From Euglena gracilis (Eukaryota): a stretch of DNA of 64,000 nt. Positions 1 to 13,200 of this stretch are shown one piece after another (the stretch's first letter is position 1; each line of letters opens with the position of its first letter). Under the pieces are notes generated by a model, which worked only from the letters and a program-made list of their open reading frames with translations, was not told the DNA's origin and did no database searches. The position numbers and the translations under genes are program-made. The stretch spans positions 12,208,716 through 12,272,715 of the forward strand of contig CP154954.1 of NCBI GenBank assembly GCA_039621445.1, given 5' to 3'.

Positions 1-975
1 GCTGGCCCAAGCCCGCTCTCCCTCTGATATATGCACGTTGCGCATACAGCTTATTTTTTTCTCCGGAATTCTCTGTTTATATCCATCTTCTGATTTGGAG
101 AGAATCAAACAAACAACCAGTGTGTTGGCGGCCTACATTAGCGCCCTACAAAAATTAAGCGTAAATGCAAGAAATTGCATAAATGGGAGAGAGGTGTTTC
201 ACTTCCAAAGTGCCCACAGATAAGTCCCTTTCATTTAATGATGGCTTACATGGCTGCAACCCGATTTAACGTTAAGCCTGGGGGTCTCCTACTGATTTCA
301 CTAAAACCCCCCTTCAAAGCCGTAAGTGCTGACACGATTGGTTCAATAACCAAGACCTTTTTATCCCAACATGGGGTACCCTCCCAGGTGTGTGCGGGCA
401 CACTCCACCAGAGGGGCTGGAGTTGGTTTGCTCAAAAAATTGGGATTTTCTGCCCAAGAAGTTTGTGAAATTGGCCAGTGGAGGGGGATGGAAGCTTTTA
501 CAGCCCACTGTCAACGACTTGGTGCCCAAGGTGCCCTGGAAACAGCCCTGGACCCCCTAATTTCAGTGCAGAATCAGGCCTCACAAGGGCAAAGTGCGGA
601 GCCCGAGGTGTCTGGTACTCCCTCGAGGCAAACCCACAAAGGAGGAAGGGACACCGAGGGCGAAGCACAAAGACCTTATGAGCCCGACCCCCCCCACCCG
701 TAAAAGAAAATTTGTGTTCAAAAGTCCTCGGTCAGCAAATAGGGGCCAGGGGGAGAGAAGGGGGGGACCCCCCCAAGGGACAAGAAGTCACGTGGCCAAG
801 TCGGAGCTGCATCGTCAGCCAACTCCGGCGAGGCGGCACTGAGCAGGGACTCCTGACCCAGCGCAGCGAACAATCACACAACACCGCCGGCGAGCAAGGC
901 ATGGCCTCACAAGGTCTTTGTGCTTCGCCCTCGGTGTCCCTTCCTCCCTTGTCGGTATGCATCGAGGGAATGCGA
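1..975 (+). mobile_element. 3' part of a degenerate DIRS1-like retrotransposon (YR C-terminus, ICR, right end)
   Basis: Frameshifted YR motifs RAHSTRGAG...GQWRGMEAFTAHC (catalytic Tyr apparently Cys); 618-682 is reverse-complementary to 906-969, the same layout as the neighbouring element. Confidence 0.85.
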
Positions 976-1413
976 AACCCAAACCACAACCCACTCGAGG
1001 TCCAAAGTGCCAAATGCTGTCGATGCCAAAATTCCCAAATTAACAAATTGTTTTGGGTTTAATCAGCAGCCCCATCCGGCACCGGGAAGACACGATACTC
1101 CATCATTTGCTGAAACTGCTGGCTGTCATTTTTGACCCATTACCAGAAAACATCCACTTTAAAAGACCAAGGGTGTAGACTATTCGGGATCCGCACTGCG
1201 AGATGGTGAGGTCCTGCTTTCCTTGCCGGCTGTTCTGTTCTGGTGTGTTTGTGTGTGCGCGGGGGGTGCTTCCTACTGCTTTTTGTTGCCGGAGTTGGCT
1301 GATTCCTAATTCTGCCCTTAGACCTCAAGGAGAAAGACTTTCAACTATACGAGTGCTGTCAATACAAAAGACAGAATACTTTCAAAAATCAAGCACGTGT
1401 TCAACGGACTTCA

Positions 1414-2570
1414 ATGAAAGATGTGTTGGAAAAAATATCAGGCTGTCAAGAGGAAGTGGGAGCACGAGGAAGTTCAAGACAGACAGCTGAAGCTGGAAAA
1501 CGCCGAGGAGCTGCAAGCGCTGGAGAACATGATGGAGCAGGACCAAAATGTCCGTCTGTGGCCGTCGCTACCCTTCCACCCGTTCATCAGAAAATTCCCG
1601 TGTTCAACAAAACTTTTGTGACGGCCATGGACCCGGGACAATTGTGGCCAGAGCAAAGCGACGGAGAAACCATCACGGGCAAGGCTCATCCGGTCATGGG
1701 GACCCATCACAGTCATCCCTCAAGGAAACATTGCCAGGAGATGGAAGGTCTGTCAGACTTCCCATCGCTTTTCTCATCCCCACCCCTATGGCAGGGGAAA
1801 TATGACAAATTCAAAGAGTTCAAGTCAGGAATGTGGAGACCCTCCTCAAAATGGCCATGGAGATCTATCTTCAGGGCCCTGGGCCCAACTCCAAGGCTAT
1901 GGCAGCCATCTTCAAAAGGGCATGGTGCCCATTTTCAAGGACACAGAATCCAGATTCCCAGCAGGGGACCCCAGAGGGGAACGGTATGTCAAACTGTCCC
2001 CCCAGCACCCTCAAAATCAATCCCCCCAGGTGAAACAAGCCAAAGCCAAGACAGGTGGCATCAAATCACTCAGGGAAATTCAGCCAGGGTGGCTCATCTG
2101 TGGAACCAAGAGGGACAAAGAAGACACAAGAAAAGTCCTGGAGAGAAGGTCAATGGAGGCAAAGAAGGCCAGATGGCCCTGAAGGCCAATGGAGGCCACT
2201 ACAATCAAGATCACCATATCAGCCCTTGGGGGGGAGGCCCAAGATTGGCTACAACAGGGCCCCCCCAGAAGGTAATCAGCCCTCACCCCCCAGCCATATA
2301 CCTCCCTATGTACCTCCCCATATATGTACCCCACTGCAGACACAGACCATCCCCCATCTTTCAAAAACAGGGGGAAAGCCTGTCTTTGAGCAGCCCTATG
2401 GCAGGGCCAGAGGTGACCCCAGTGTTGGGGCAACCAGGGGAAAGCACCCCAGTGATGGGGCCTGTGGAATCCCCAGACACATTACACCCAGGGGTGCGTG
2501 CCCCCTTACAGGGCCCTGCAGGCCAGCATTCCCCACTGGATCAAGGCAGGAGCCAGCAGAGAGGTATTAA
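1414..2570 (+). pseudogene. DIRS gag-like ORF1 region (frameshifted)
   Basis: Position upstream of RT; fragments such as KRKWEHEEVQDRQLKLENAEELQALE and METLLKMAMEIYLQG. Confidence 0.5.
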
Positions 2571-2656
2571 ACCTGATAAGGGAAGGGGTTATGTAGGATC
2601 TTCCCCTCCCCCCTCAGACGTCCTTATACGTTCCTTTCAAAAGCACCCAAGAAATA

Positions 2657-3930
2657 ATGACTGGCCACAAAATTCTGAGAGATTACGAATGTGCAGGGCT
2701 AACTAGGCAAATCCCCCCAGAGGAGGCAAAACACTTTGTCCTTCATTTCATCATTTCCAAAAAAGAAGGGGAAAAGACAAAGGAAAGACTAATTTCGGAT
2801 TGTCGACAGGTAAATCTCCATTTCACCCCCAGAAGTTCAGACTGGAACACAATGGAATCATCTTCCCATATTTAAGGAAACGTTGGTTCTGTGGAAAAAT
2901 CGATCTGAGAGATGCTTATTTTCACCTAAAGCTGCACAGAAGCCTGGAAAAACATGTTTGCATGCAAGTGGGGGAGGAATTTGGCAGTTTCAGGATGCAT
3001 ACTTTGGCATCAACAGCCTGCCACAAAAATTCATGACTCTCATGAGATTCTGGGAAAGAAGATGGAGAAGGAGGGAAAAGTGGTTTTCATCTACCTGGAC
3101 GACATTTTGCTGTTAGCCCCCAGCAAAAAGAAAAAGGCAGCAGCCCAGCATTTGGCAGAAATAAAACAGGCCCTGTTACTGGCAGGTTTCAGATTAAACC
3201 TCCCCAAATTCTGTCTGGAACCAACACAGGAAATAAAGCATTTGGGCCAGTGGATCAACTTGAAAAAAGTCCAACTGGAAATTCCTCAGGAAAAATTAAA
3301 ATCCTTAAGAAAGGAGCTAGGTAAGGTGCTCACAGCACAAAAAATGAGCTGCAGCTATATTGTGGGGCAAGTCAGAAGCTATTTAGTCTCCATGCCATTT
3401 CTCAGAATTCTGACAGACCAACTTTGCAAAATCGTGGCTTTACACACCAAGTGGGGTTGGGACCACAAATTGACCATTACCCAGGGAGTAAAAGATCAAA
3501 TTGTGGAGTTAAAAACGTTTTTACAGCCAGGGGTCGTCAGGTCATTTCAATACCAGGCTTCTCAGGAACTCGTTTCAGACAGCAGCACCTGGCAATGGTG
3601 GGGGGGGCTGGACAAAGATTCAGGCCAGAAGGTGCAGAAATTTTGGAGGGACCTGCATGTCCTTCGTATCAACCAAAAAGAGTTGCAGGCTGCAGTGGAA
3701 ACTGTAAAAGCACTAGCCAAACCACAGCAAACAATTGTGCTTCATGTCGACAGTCAGGTGGCTGTGAGTTATTTAACAAAGTGGGGAGGCAAAAGCCCTA
3801 CCTCAATTCTATTTTAAAACCCCTGCTGTATCATTGCCAAGAGAAGCAAATCAATTTGCAGGTGGTTTGGGTTCCCACAAAGGAGCAACTGGCAGACTCC
3901 CTGACCAAGGAGCAAAAGGACCCATGGGAT
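2657..3930 (+). pseudogene. DIRS reverse transcriptase / RNase H (frameshifted)
   Basis: Motifs RLISDCR, KIDLRDAYFH, FGINSLP, IYLDDILL, HLG; RNase H DSS...INQKEL...VDSQ...LADSLTK. Confidence 0.92.
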
Positions 3931-4426
3931 TATACCCTAAACCTAAACATCTTTCACAAAATTCTTCAACTTTTCAGAAAGGTCATAACCCCAGAGGTGG
4001 ACACATGTACATGGATGTTTAGCACACCCATCAACAAAAAATTCCCCAAGTTTGTTTGTCGATTCCCCCACCAAGGGGCTTTGCTGGTGGACGCCTTGAA
4101 GGGTAGACTTGAGGGACCTCCCCCCAGTTTATGCAAATCCCCCCTGGAGCATCATTCCCCAGTGGGTTCAACGATTAATGGTAACCCCAGACCTGCGTTG
4201 TCTGTTGATCGTACCCCACTGGGCTTCGACACCCTGGTGGCACCAATTGATGTCAATCAGGCATCCAGGCAGCAAAGTTTTACTGGTACCCCCCCCCAGT
4301 GGGGTCTGTTCACCAACTGCTGGGGGGAGGAGATGCCCCCCAAGGTGGAATTTGGCCTGCTTGATTGTGTCAGGCAAATATTGCAATCCCAGAAAGTTTC
4401 GATGTCCAGTGTCGACACTTACATAA
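3930..4426 (+). pseudogene. DIRS-associated DNA N6-adenine methyltransferase-like domain
   Basis: LVDAL then VYANPPW...LIVPHW...WW, located between RNase H and YR as is typical of DIRS1-like elements. Confidence 0.85.
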
Positions 4427-5280
4427 AAAAAACTGGGAAATGTCAAAAGATATGACTCAGCCTTCAGGACATTGGTGGTCCAATTGTTGCACAAAGGGGT
4501 GCCCCTGCAGGACTGCACAGTCCACAGGATGGCTGAGCCACAGGATGGCCATCCTTGATCTTGCTGTTCACAGCCTCAACACTGCACGAAATGCATATGC
4601 AGCAGCTTTATTACTCCCAGGGTTTGGTTCATTGAGGTTTTCCCCTCTTTTGGCTCCTTTGAAAAGGAAATGGAATTCCAATGTCTGCAAGTATGCCCAT
4701 TTTTGGGACCCCGCTTTTTTCCTAGAAAACATCATCAGGAAATCAAATCCCCTCTCAGACCTATCTTTGAAAGAGCTCAGAAATAGACTCATCCTCTGTT
4801 GGAGGCTTTTGGCCCTCCACAGGGGGGTTGATCTACCCAGGACACCGCGAAAAATCAGTTTCGTGGGAGAAAAAATTTTCATTTTATTGCAAAGGAAGGG
4901 GTGGCAATTCCCAAGACGGGAGGAAATTTTGAATTTGCCACACACACCCCTCATAAGCCCCTGGCATTTATTGAAAGAGTATGTGGAAAGTACAGCCCAC
5001 AAGGTTGGGCACAAAAATAATTTGTTATGGTATTTGGATGGTAAAAGACCTTTGACTTCAGAAAGAGTGAATTCCCTTACCAAAGCAATTCTGCAAGAGG
5101 GGGGTGGACACCACCCACTGGAAACCCCACAGCACCAGAGGGGCTGGGGTTTTATGGTGGAAGAATGCGGGGTTGGTAGTGGAAGAAGTCCAGCAGCTGG
5201 GTCAGTGGAAAAATTTTGGGGCCTTCCAAGCTCATTATTTTTGAGGCTGGGAGTCGTACCAAAGATTCAAAATATTATGG
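4380..5280 (+). pseudogene. DIRS tyrosine recombinase (frameshifted)
   Basis: LALHRGVDL (Arg), KPHSTRGAG (His-x-x-Arg), GQWKNFGAFQAHY (Tyr) across shifted frames. Confidence 0.88.
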
Positions 5281-5812
5281 CCCAAAGGGGGGTGCACAGT
5301 ACCTCACCATCTCGCAGTGCGGAGCCCGAATGGTCTCGGACTCCCACGACACAGGAAGTGTGAGGAAGGCACCAAGAGGGCGAAGCACAAGAAGATGGTG
5401 AGCCCAACCCCCCCACTCAAAAAAATCAGCAGAAAACGGACAACATCACAACCAGAAAGGGGCCCCCAACCAAGCAGCCCCGACCACCCACCCAGAAACA
5501 CACCGGAAAGAGACAGCCTCCCCCGTCGAGGGGTGGGGGAGGCACCAAGCAACCAGGTGACAAGGGGGGGGGACCACAACGGTTCAGCTTCGCCATGGTG
5601 TCGGGGCCTCATCATCGCCAACTCCGGCAACAAAGGCGCAGTCAGAAGCACCCCCCGCGCACACACAAACACACCAACAGCCGGCAAGGAAAGCAGGACA
5701 TTACCATCTTCTTGTGCTTCGCCCTCTTGGTCCTTTCCTTCCCCTTCCTGTGTCGTGGGAGTCCGATTTCAACGTGTGACGGGCCGCGTTCCGGGTCCAA
5801 ACGTTTTTGCAG

Positions 5813-5897
5813 TGCCGGACGGAGTCGTGCCGATGCAGGAGTTTTTGAGGCGGGGAGGGGCGCCACCCATACACGCCTACCTGTTTCAAAAGTCGCG
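5813..5897 (+). CDS. Candidate internal exon of an unknown + strand gene (VPDGVVPMQEFLRRGGAPPIHAYLFQKSR)
   Basis: Open GC-rich segment between ttttgcag| and |gtgcat. Confidence 0.4.
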
Positions 5898-8800
5898 GTG
5901 CATTCGGAGCCGAAAAGTATAGCTCACCCCCCTCCGGGGAGATGGCCCATCCCCCCCGGGGGGTCCATGGCCAAAAAAAATACATGGGCGGGTGGCCCTT
6001 CTGTCCGTAAGTTTCTTCTGAAAATTTTGGAGCTCAGATCGTGGTCGATTTTCTAGCGAGAAATACTAGTTTTAGAAATATTGGACTGCTGTCAAAATTT
6101 TACGTTTTTCCTTTGGATAAACGCGTCATAAGCCCACTACTGGCCAGGTGGCTGACGCTTTGATAAAATTAATTCCGTTCGTTGGCTTGGTGGCCGTCGT
6201 TCATCATTTCACTGACCCATAAAGAGGCTTTGGACCCAAAATTTGGAGAAGTCTGGGGCATTTTGGAATTCACTCCCGATTTTCGGGGCAAGGCGCCTAT
6301 TACCACTTGCGCCAGGCTCCTTTTCACCAACCCCCCCCCACGGGAGGGATGACTTGTGCTACGGGGTGCTCCCCATAGCAGGCACCCCCCGGGTTTCATG
6401 GGGTAAGCGAAAGGGAATGTCTGCTTTAAAAATGTTTTCTTGCCAACTTCCTCATTCATGAGAGGGATATTGATTAATTTGGTTTGAAAAACGACATGGG
6501 ACTCCCCATCTGCTTCTCCAATCACTACCCATCTCCATTTTTCAACTCAGAATGTTGTGCAAAGCAGGGGTGAATGCTTTTCAAGGCAAGAAGGCAAGCC
6601 ACATGCACAAAAAGGAAAGGACGCTGGCCATAGCTGAGACCGATGTGAAGGGGGGAAGTGGACAGGAGTAGGGGGAAATGTTACAAGAAACCAGGCCGAG
6701 GATGACAAGGAGTGGAGGCCAGACAGGCAGACAGGAGGGGTGGGGGGAAGACGGGGCATAAGCCAGACTGAGCACCCAACATTACATCCAACCTTAATCC
6801 TATCTCTAACCTGACCAGGCAGTTTTTGGCAACCCCTGGCGCTGCCATGGAGTGCCCGCCATGACAGACACATCACGCCCCTCGGCTCGTCCTGAGTCCA
6901 GCTTGAGGCGACTCAAGTAATGACCCCCAAAAATGGCCATTCTCATGCTCTTGTCACCTTGACAAGGGGGGGGGGGTTCCATAAATACAACATACACCAA
7001 ACCACGCTTCCCTGGAGGATGAATGCCCACTAGCATGCCCACAGCATCTGGCCTCACACAAGGGTACCGCATTCCTGTTTCTCGCAAGAATTCCAGGCTA
7101 ATTCCAAGAATAAAGAATTATAATCAATACAAACCTGACAATTAACAAAATCTCAAATCCTGTTCGGAACCAGGCAGGTTTTGAAGGAAAGCAAGATTCC
7201 CAAGAAACTCAATGAAAAGAAATTCAACCAGACAGCAGAAAAGTTTTGTAAGAAAGGGTGTGTGCATAGACAAGGGGGAATGCCCAACTGGAAAAAAATA
7301 CGGCTTTCCACGTCAAGGGAGAATTTCTCTAGGTCTTTCCTTAGACTTGCAGGTATTTAAATAGAAAAAATGAGCAATTCTCACCGAACAAGCCTCGAAA
7401 GTCTTCAAAATAGCGAAATTTTCGAGAAAAGGCAAAAGGAAAATGTTTCACAGAAGCTGACCCCTAAAAAAATGACCCCGAAATTCCATAACCTTGACCA
7501 CCACCATTTGGGTGGTTGGGGGTCCGTGGACACCCTCCGTATTCCATATACCGAATCTGCCTGCCTCAAACTGGAATATCCAGATGAGAAAACCCATATG
7601 ATCCACTCCCTTGCCCTCACCTGGGTTTATGCCCAGTCCAGGGGGACAGAAATCACGCTGGGAGGGCATCAAGCGAACGTACGGTGATGTGGCGGTTGGG
7701 GGGGGGGGGAGCGATGGGCTCACATGGATGGGCAGGCTTCCAAGGGAAGGAGCTGGTCCCATACTGTGCCAGGTCAGACCCAGCCCTCGCCTGTGCGCAC
7801 AATAATCATTGTTGGTTGCTGACATTTCTGAAGTCCACAACCTCCCCCCTGAGGGCTTTTGCAAAAGTGGAGAACTGGGTGGTGGCATTGTTTGGCGGCC
7901 TTCCAGAGGAGGGGGGGGGAGAGATTGGGGAAACGCCCACTTCTCAACTCCGTTTAAAAAATACGGACCATGGATGGACCGTGTCGACACATAGCAGCCA
8001 GGCCCCTGTCGCTCATTTCGGGGAAGTTCCTCAGACAGGACCTGAAAACCCTAAGGCACGACAATTCCCTCGGTATGCTTAAGGTCCCCAAGGGTCTGCC
8101 AGGCATTTTGCTGGACAGGAAAAAAAGCCACTGACGAGACGCAGCCTCCCCCTTGTCCTGGAGTCCCTCCAACAGGATAAAAATCTATGAATGAGATTCT
8201 TTGGCAGATTCTTTTCCCGGAAAATCCCCCCCAAAATGTCAAAAAATGGGCATCTTTGGCAGGTCAAAAAGTTTTCTGGCACTTTGCATCGGTGAGCGGG
8301 AAAATTGGCTGGTCCTTCTAGCATACCCCCCTGGGGGGTCCACTACGATTCCCACAAGCCAAATTTGAGATTAGCTGCAGTCGACTGGGGGGGGGGGGGG
8401 GCTGGTTGGGTCACAGTGGCGGAGGTAGCACTGGTTCAGCCCACTGGGGAAGTGGTGGGAGGATTGTGGACAGGACTCACAGGTTACGCGGTACAGGGGC
8501 GGCAGGGGTGGGTGAGAGCGGCTGCGCATTACCAAGGGATTTCTCAAGAAGGGAGGTAATCCAGCTGGCTGGGGAAAAAAGTGCCGGCTGGACTCCCCCC
8601 ACGGTCCAGAGGGTGGTTTGGCGTTAGTTTGGACCCAAAACGTTGTGGGAAAAGCCCGAATCCAGTTAGGTTGTGGTTCATCAAACAAAAAAAAATGCGA
8701 TATGGCTAATGTACCCCTGTGTCCATATCCCGGAAATTACTAACAACCCCCTGGTGGGGTAGGGATCCCCTCTGGCTGAAAAAAAAAATCCCTTGCACAT

Positions 8801-8941
8801 TACAAATGGACACAACCATAAAACTCGGCGGGCCAAGGAACCCACAGACAGGGTTGCTGGGTGAGCAGTGCAAAGCTAAAACAGCACATGCCCAAATCAA
8901 ACTGCGCCCAAAACAAAAACACACAACTGGATCAGGCAAAG

Positions 8942-9478
8942 ACACACACACACACGCACACGCACACGCACACACACACACACACACACACGCACACACA
9001 CACACACGCACACACACACACACATTCAAATACACACACACAACACGCGCATATGTGAATACACACAAGAATACATGCACATGCAGACACACACTCACAG
9101 CGCACACAAATGCACACACTGGCACCCATCCACCCACACACGCACACAATTTCGGATACACACAAGAGCACATACACAACACAAGAAAAACAAATGCAGT
9201 GTGCAGAATCACGACGTGCACCAGCACGCCCTGGAGGAGGACCGCCGGCAGAAGAGCCAGCCGAGCAGGGGGGGGGCCGCAACGGCCACCGCCCTGCTCA
9301 TGAAGGGGCCAGCGGCCATCTAGAGGGTGGGAGGGTAGAGGAAGGGGAGGGAGGGAGTGGTGGCGGGGTTGAGCGGGGGACAAAAAAAAATTCAAAAAAA
9401 AGTCATCAAGGGTCAGTTACCAAATATATAATATATATATATATATGTATGTATATGTGTATATATCGTATATATATA

Positions 9479-9560
<82 letters not shown>

Positions 9561-9645
9561 TAACTGACCCTTGTGCTTTAACAAAACCCCGACATGATAT
9601 ATATCTACCACACACCACACACACCACACGCACACACACACGCAC

Positions 9646-9743
<98 letters not shown>

Positions 9744-9750
9744 ATATCAG
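8942..9750. repeat. (CA)n and (TA)n microsatellites interrupted by the candidate exon
   Basis: Direct. Confidence 0.9.
9207..9323 (+). CDS. Candidate terminal exon of + strand gene (NHDVHQHALEEDRRQKSQPSRGGAATATALLMKGPAAI*)
   Basis: gtgtgcag| acceptor, high GC3 codons, TAG stop. Confidence 0.45.
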   Translation, partial: NHDVHQHALEEDRRQKSQPSRGGAATATALLMKGPAAI

Positions 9751-9999
9751 GTCAACAAAATAATCCAAACTTGGCAGGTTAGCCAGCGTTGGGACGAACC
9801 AATTGTCCCCCCACCCGTTGAAGGCATTGAACAACTCACACTCCATGATTGCGGGGCGGCGCCACTGCAGAACCCACTGCCGCACCGGCCGGCCCCGGCC
9901 GGCCGTACTGTCGGCGAAACGCGTATCGCTCACCGACCACGGGGCAGAATGGCACACCGGGCATCGAGGTGGGGGCAGGAGGGGCAGGATAGGACAAGG

Positions 10000-10113
10000 T
10001 TAGAACCAGGAGCCCGCCCGCACCGCCGGCCGCGACGCCGGGCCCCACGGGCCGCCGGCGGCGGGGCCCCATTTCGCGGGTGGCGGCTCGTACCACAGCG
10101 GATCGCCCTCCGG
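10000..10113 (-). CDS. Probable terminal exon [36 protein letters not shown]
   Basis: GC-rich frame ending in TAA at 10000-10002. Confidence 0.6.
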   Translation of the reverse strand, partial: PEGDPLWYEPPPAKWGPAAGGPWGPASRPAVRAGSWF

Positions 10114-10214
10114 GCACTGTGGCGTGTTTGGGATATGCAGATGGATAAGCAGCACCCTCCGAAGGGCCTGAGGTTTTTTTTGCCAGAACGCACGCATCCG
10201 TATACACACACACA

Positions 10215-10250
<36 letters not shown>

Positions 10251-13200
10251 CAAACGCACCCACACACACACACACACGCACGCACATACACCCACACCCA
10301 CACAGGCTCACGCACCCACACACACATACACGCGCACACCAACATGCACAAACAGGTGCATGTGCACACGGACACAGAAAGGCCGGCAGCAAATCAGAAT
10401 GCTTTAAGCTTTCTGGGTGAAAGCGCTTTGCAATCCTATTTGCCAGAGTGCCAAACTGCACCAAACCCGCCTGCCGGCCCAGAAACCCAGAGACGGAAAC
10501 AGCAGCCGGTGCGCGGTGTGGGCTCGTGAAGCGGCCTGCGGGATGAGGGTTGGGGGCGTCCCACCAGCCGGCACTGTTGTGCCGCTGCGGTCGCCGGATG
10601 GCCAACAGGAAGGGGGGGGGGGTTGGTCGACAGGGAAAAATGTGGAAGCCAACCCGACCATCTCCAAACCCGGCCGAGGGTGGGCTGGAGGGGGGAAGCA
10701 GGGTTAGAGTACCTCCCCCCCCCCCCGGGAAACTGTCACCTGACAGGTTGGCCGGTACCGGGGACCCTGACAACTTCCTACACTGACAGGTTGGCCGGTA
10801 CCGAGGACCCTGACAGTTTCCCGGGCGGGACCCTGACAGGTTCTCGGGCATGACGGTATCCCGGGGGGGGGGGTGTAGGTGGGGATCTGGACCCGCCCCC
10901 CCCCCTGCTTGGACCCCCTCCCCTCCCCTGTACAAAACCAACGCTCACTTCATACCCTGCCCAACCCACCTACCCACTCTCGAAAACCCCCCAGGGGTTT
11001 CGTCAACCAGGGCCCCAGGCGTCTTTTTAAACGATCGAAATGATCACTCGCAAAGAAATATCAAAAAACGAAAAGACATCTCATCCAAAAGAAGCTATTT
11101 CTGGGATGGGACGCTCCCGAGCGCATTCTATCTCAGAAATTATGGTGTGCGGGGGTTTCCATAAACTAAATAAGGGTCGCTGGGGGAAAGCTTTACAGGA
11201 CGCCAGGTACATGCTTCACGACCCTTTCACCATCAAATTATCCCCCCCTTTGCATGTGGCACGGAATAAGGGCTGTGCATAAAAAAAAATTTCTGACTTT
11301 CACCAACCCTCAGAGGGGGGGTCTCTTCCACTGTTCAAAAAAAAAAAAAACCCTTGCTTAAAGGGAGGAAAACGTAGCTGCTGGCTGACGCCTTCCTGTG
11401 GGCGTTGCCCACAAACTACCAAAAAAAACAATCTCAGCAAACTCCAAGTCTCAGGACATAATACAAACGCGCCAACAGACAACAATGGCCACCCGGCGGT
11501 CGCAAGTCGTATGCGGGCATGCGGGTCACCGGGTACGCCCCAGGCATGGAGACGCGGCCGACTGGGCTGTGGCTGCGCTGTCCTGGTTGGGGGCTAGGGG
11601 AAGGGCCGGAGAGCCACTGGGGGGGGGGGGGTATCCAGACAAGCTCTTTCCTTGTGTTTGCTGCTTGTGCTTCTTCTTCGACAAAATTAAACACAAGACT
11701 GGATGAAGACCAGTGCCAAAAGCAAATGAATTTCCAGGCAGACATCCGAAAACAACGGTGGGGGTGCCGCCAGGTTTTCGAAGAAGAGGAGGGGGGAGAG
11801 GAAAACGCCGGGCGCGTACCAGCCAGCCCTTGCCGCGGCTACGGTGGCGCGGGGTGACCCCATGCCACTGCTGTGCCGGAGATGGACGAACCTCGGGCGT
11901 GAAATGGCACCTCCGGCTGGAAAAAAAAAAAAAAAAACTGTTAAAACAATTGATGCGGAAATCCATTTTTTCACCGAAATGATACTGGGCAGACGGCCAA
12001 ATTTGACCAATTTTTGACCCATCTTTTGCACAGCCAAAAGAAAAAAAAGGCATTCTGTTCAGCCACTCTTCAGGCAGCTGGACAGCTAAATTCACTCCGG
12101 TGGAGGGCCCCGGGCACAGATTTTTTTTGGGGGGGCACTCTTTCCTGGACCAAAACCCACCTACCCACCCACCCACTTTTTCTCTCTGAAAACCCACCCA
12201 TCCACCCACTCCCCTCCCCTGGACGGTCAACCCACCCACCCACTCACCAGCCACCCAAAAAATCACTCGAAATCGGCTGAAAAGCGTTGAAAAGAGTTTT
12301 CCACCCAGCCTTCGGCTGGGCCAAAGACAGACCCCTGGAGCACCCCCCATGGGGACTGGCGCCGCAACCCACCCACTCACTCTTGAAAACCCACCCCCCG
12401 GGGGTGAGGTTACACAGCTGTTGAGTGAATGGTCCAGGGTTGGAAAGAAGGGCCACCCAGGTGGGTGGAGTCCCTCCGGCTTACGAGATGCCCTGACACT
12501 CACCCTGGTGACCCTGGAGGGTTTCAATGACGGAGTCAAGGATAATTACACCTGGGCCAAATCCAAGGGGGGGGATGTCAATGCATACAGTGTATACAGT
12601 GTGGCTAAAAATTATGGAAGACAAAAACTACGGCAAAAAAAATACGAGAAAGAAATTATGGCAAAAATTGGGTATTTTGCCAAAATTTCTGTCTTCCGTA
12701 ATTTTCAGCTGAACTGTACAATGGACTTCAGGAAGCAGTTGGATGGCTGGCACTCCGGCGGGGGTGGGCATGCATGGAGGGGCTGGGGGGGCGGCCGGCG
12801 TTGGGGGCGGGGCTGCTGCTGCGCAGGGGGAAGAAGTCCCCGGAGGGGGCACCAGCAGGGGCGGCCGTGCGTGGAGGGCCGATGGGCAAGCCCGAGTACC
12901 TATTTATTTACCTGTGCAGTGTTACTCTGTCAGGAGACAGTTTCCCGGGGTATATGCCTTCCAGACACAGCACGCCATATCGCATCCTCCACGTTATCAT
13001 TACGTGGTGTTTTTCTTTCGAAACATTCCTTTCGTGTTAGTCCTCTGTGCCGTTGGCACCACGTCACCCACATATTTGTTAAATATTGCCCAAGGGGGGA
13101 GTTTTGGAAGAAGGAAAGGAAAAGATACCATTTCATCAACGTCCACTGCTCAACCTGGGTGGCTTGCACACATTCACTCACTGTTTATCTAAACAAACTT

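Larger units (their letters stand above)
1177..5766 (+). mobile_element. Near full-length DIRS1-like tyrosine-recombinase retrotransposon (frameshifted)
   Basis: Left ITR ~1210-1312 is inverted at ~5610-5700; ICR 5301-5336 is complementary to 1177-1212 and 5336-5399 to 5703-5766; order gag-RT/RH-MT-YR. Confidence 0.93.

Noticed and set aside
1414-2706. 430-aa ORF as an intact gene
   Set aside because: Mostly an off-frame reading of the frameshifted DIRS gag region
9760-9957. Protein-like minus frame WSVSDTRFADS...DNWFVPTL
   Set aside because: Lies just past the probable stop at 10000 with no convincing splice link; more likely 3' UTR
12480-12590. Coding segment on either strand ([14 protein letters not shown] on +, [14 protein letters not shown] on -)
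   Set aside because: Strand and frame unresolved; a minus exon at 12511-12552 is plausible but too weak to list
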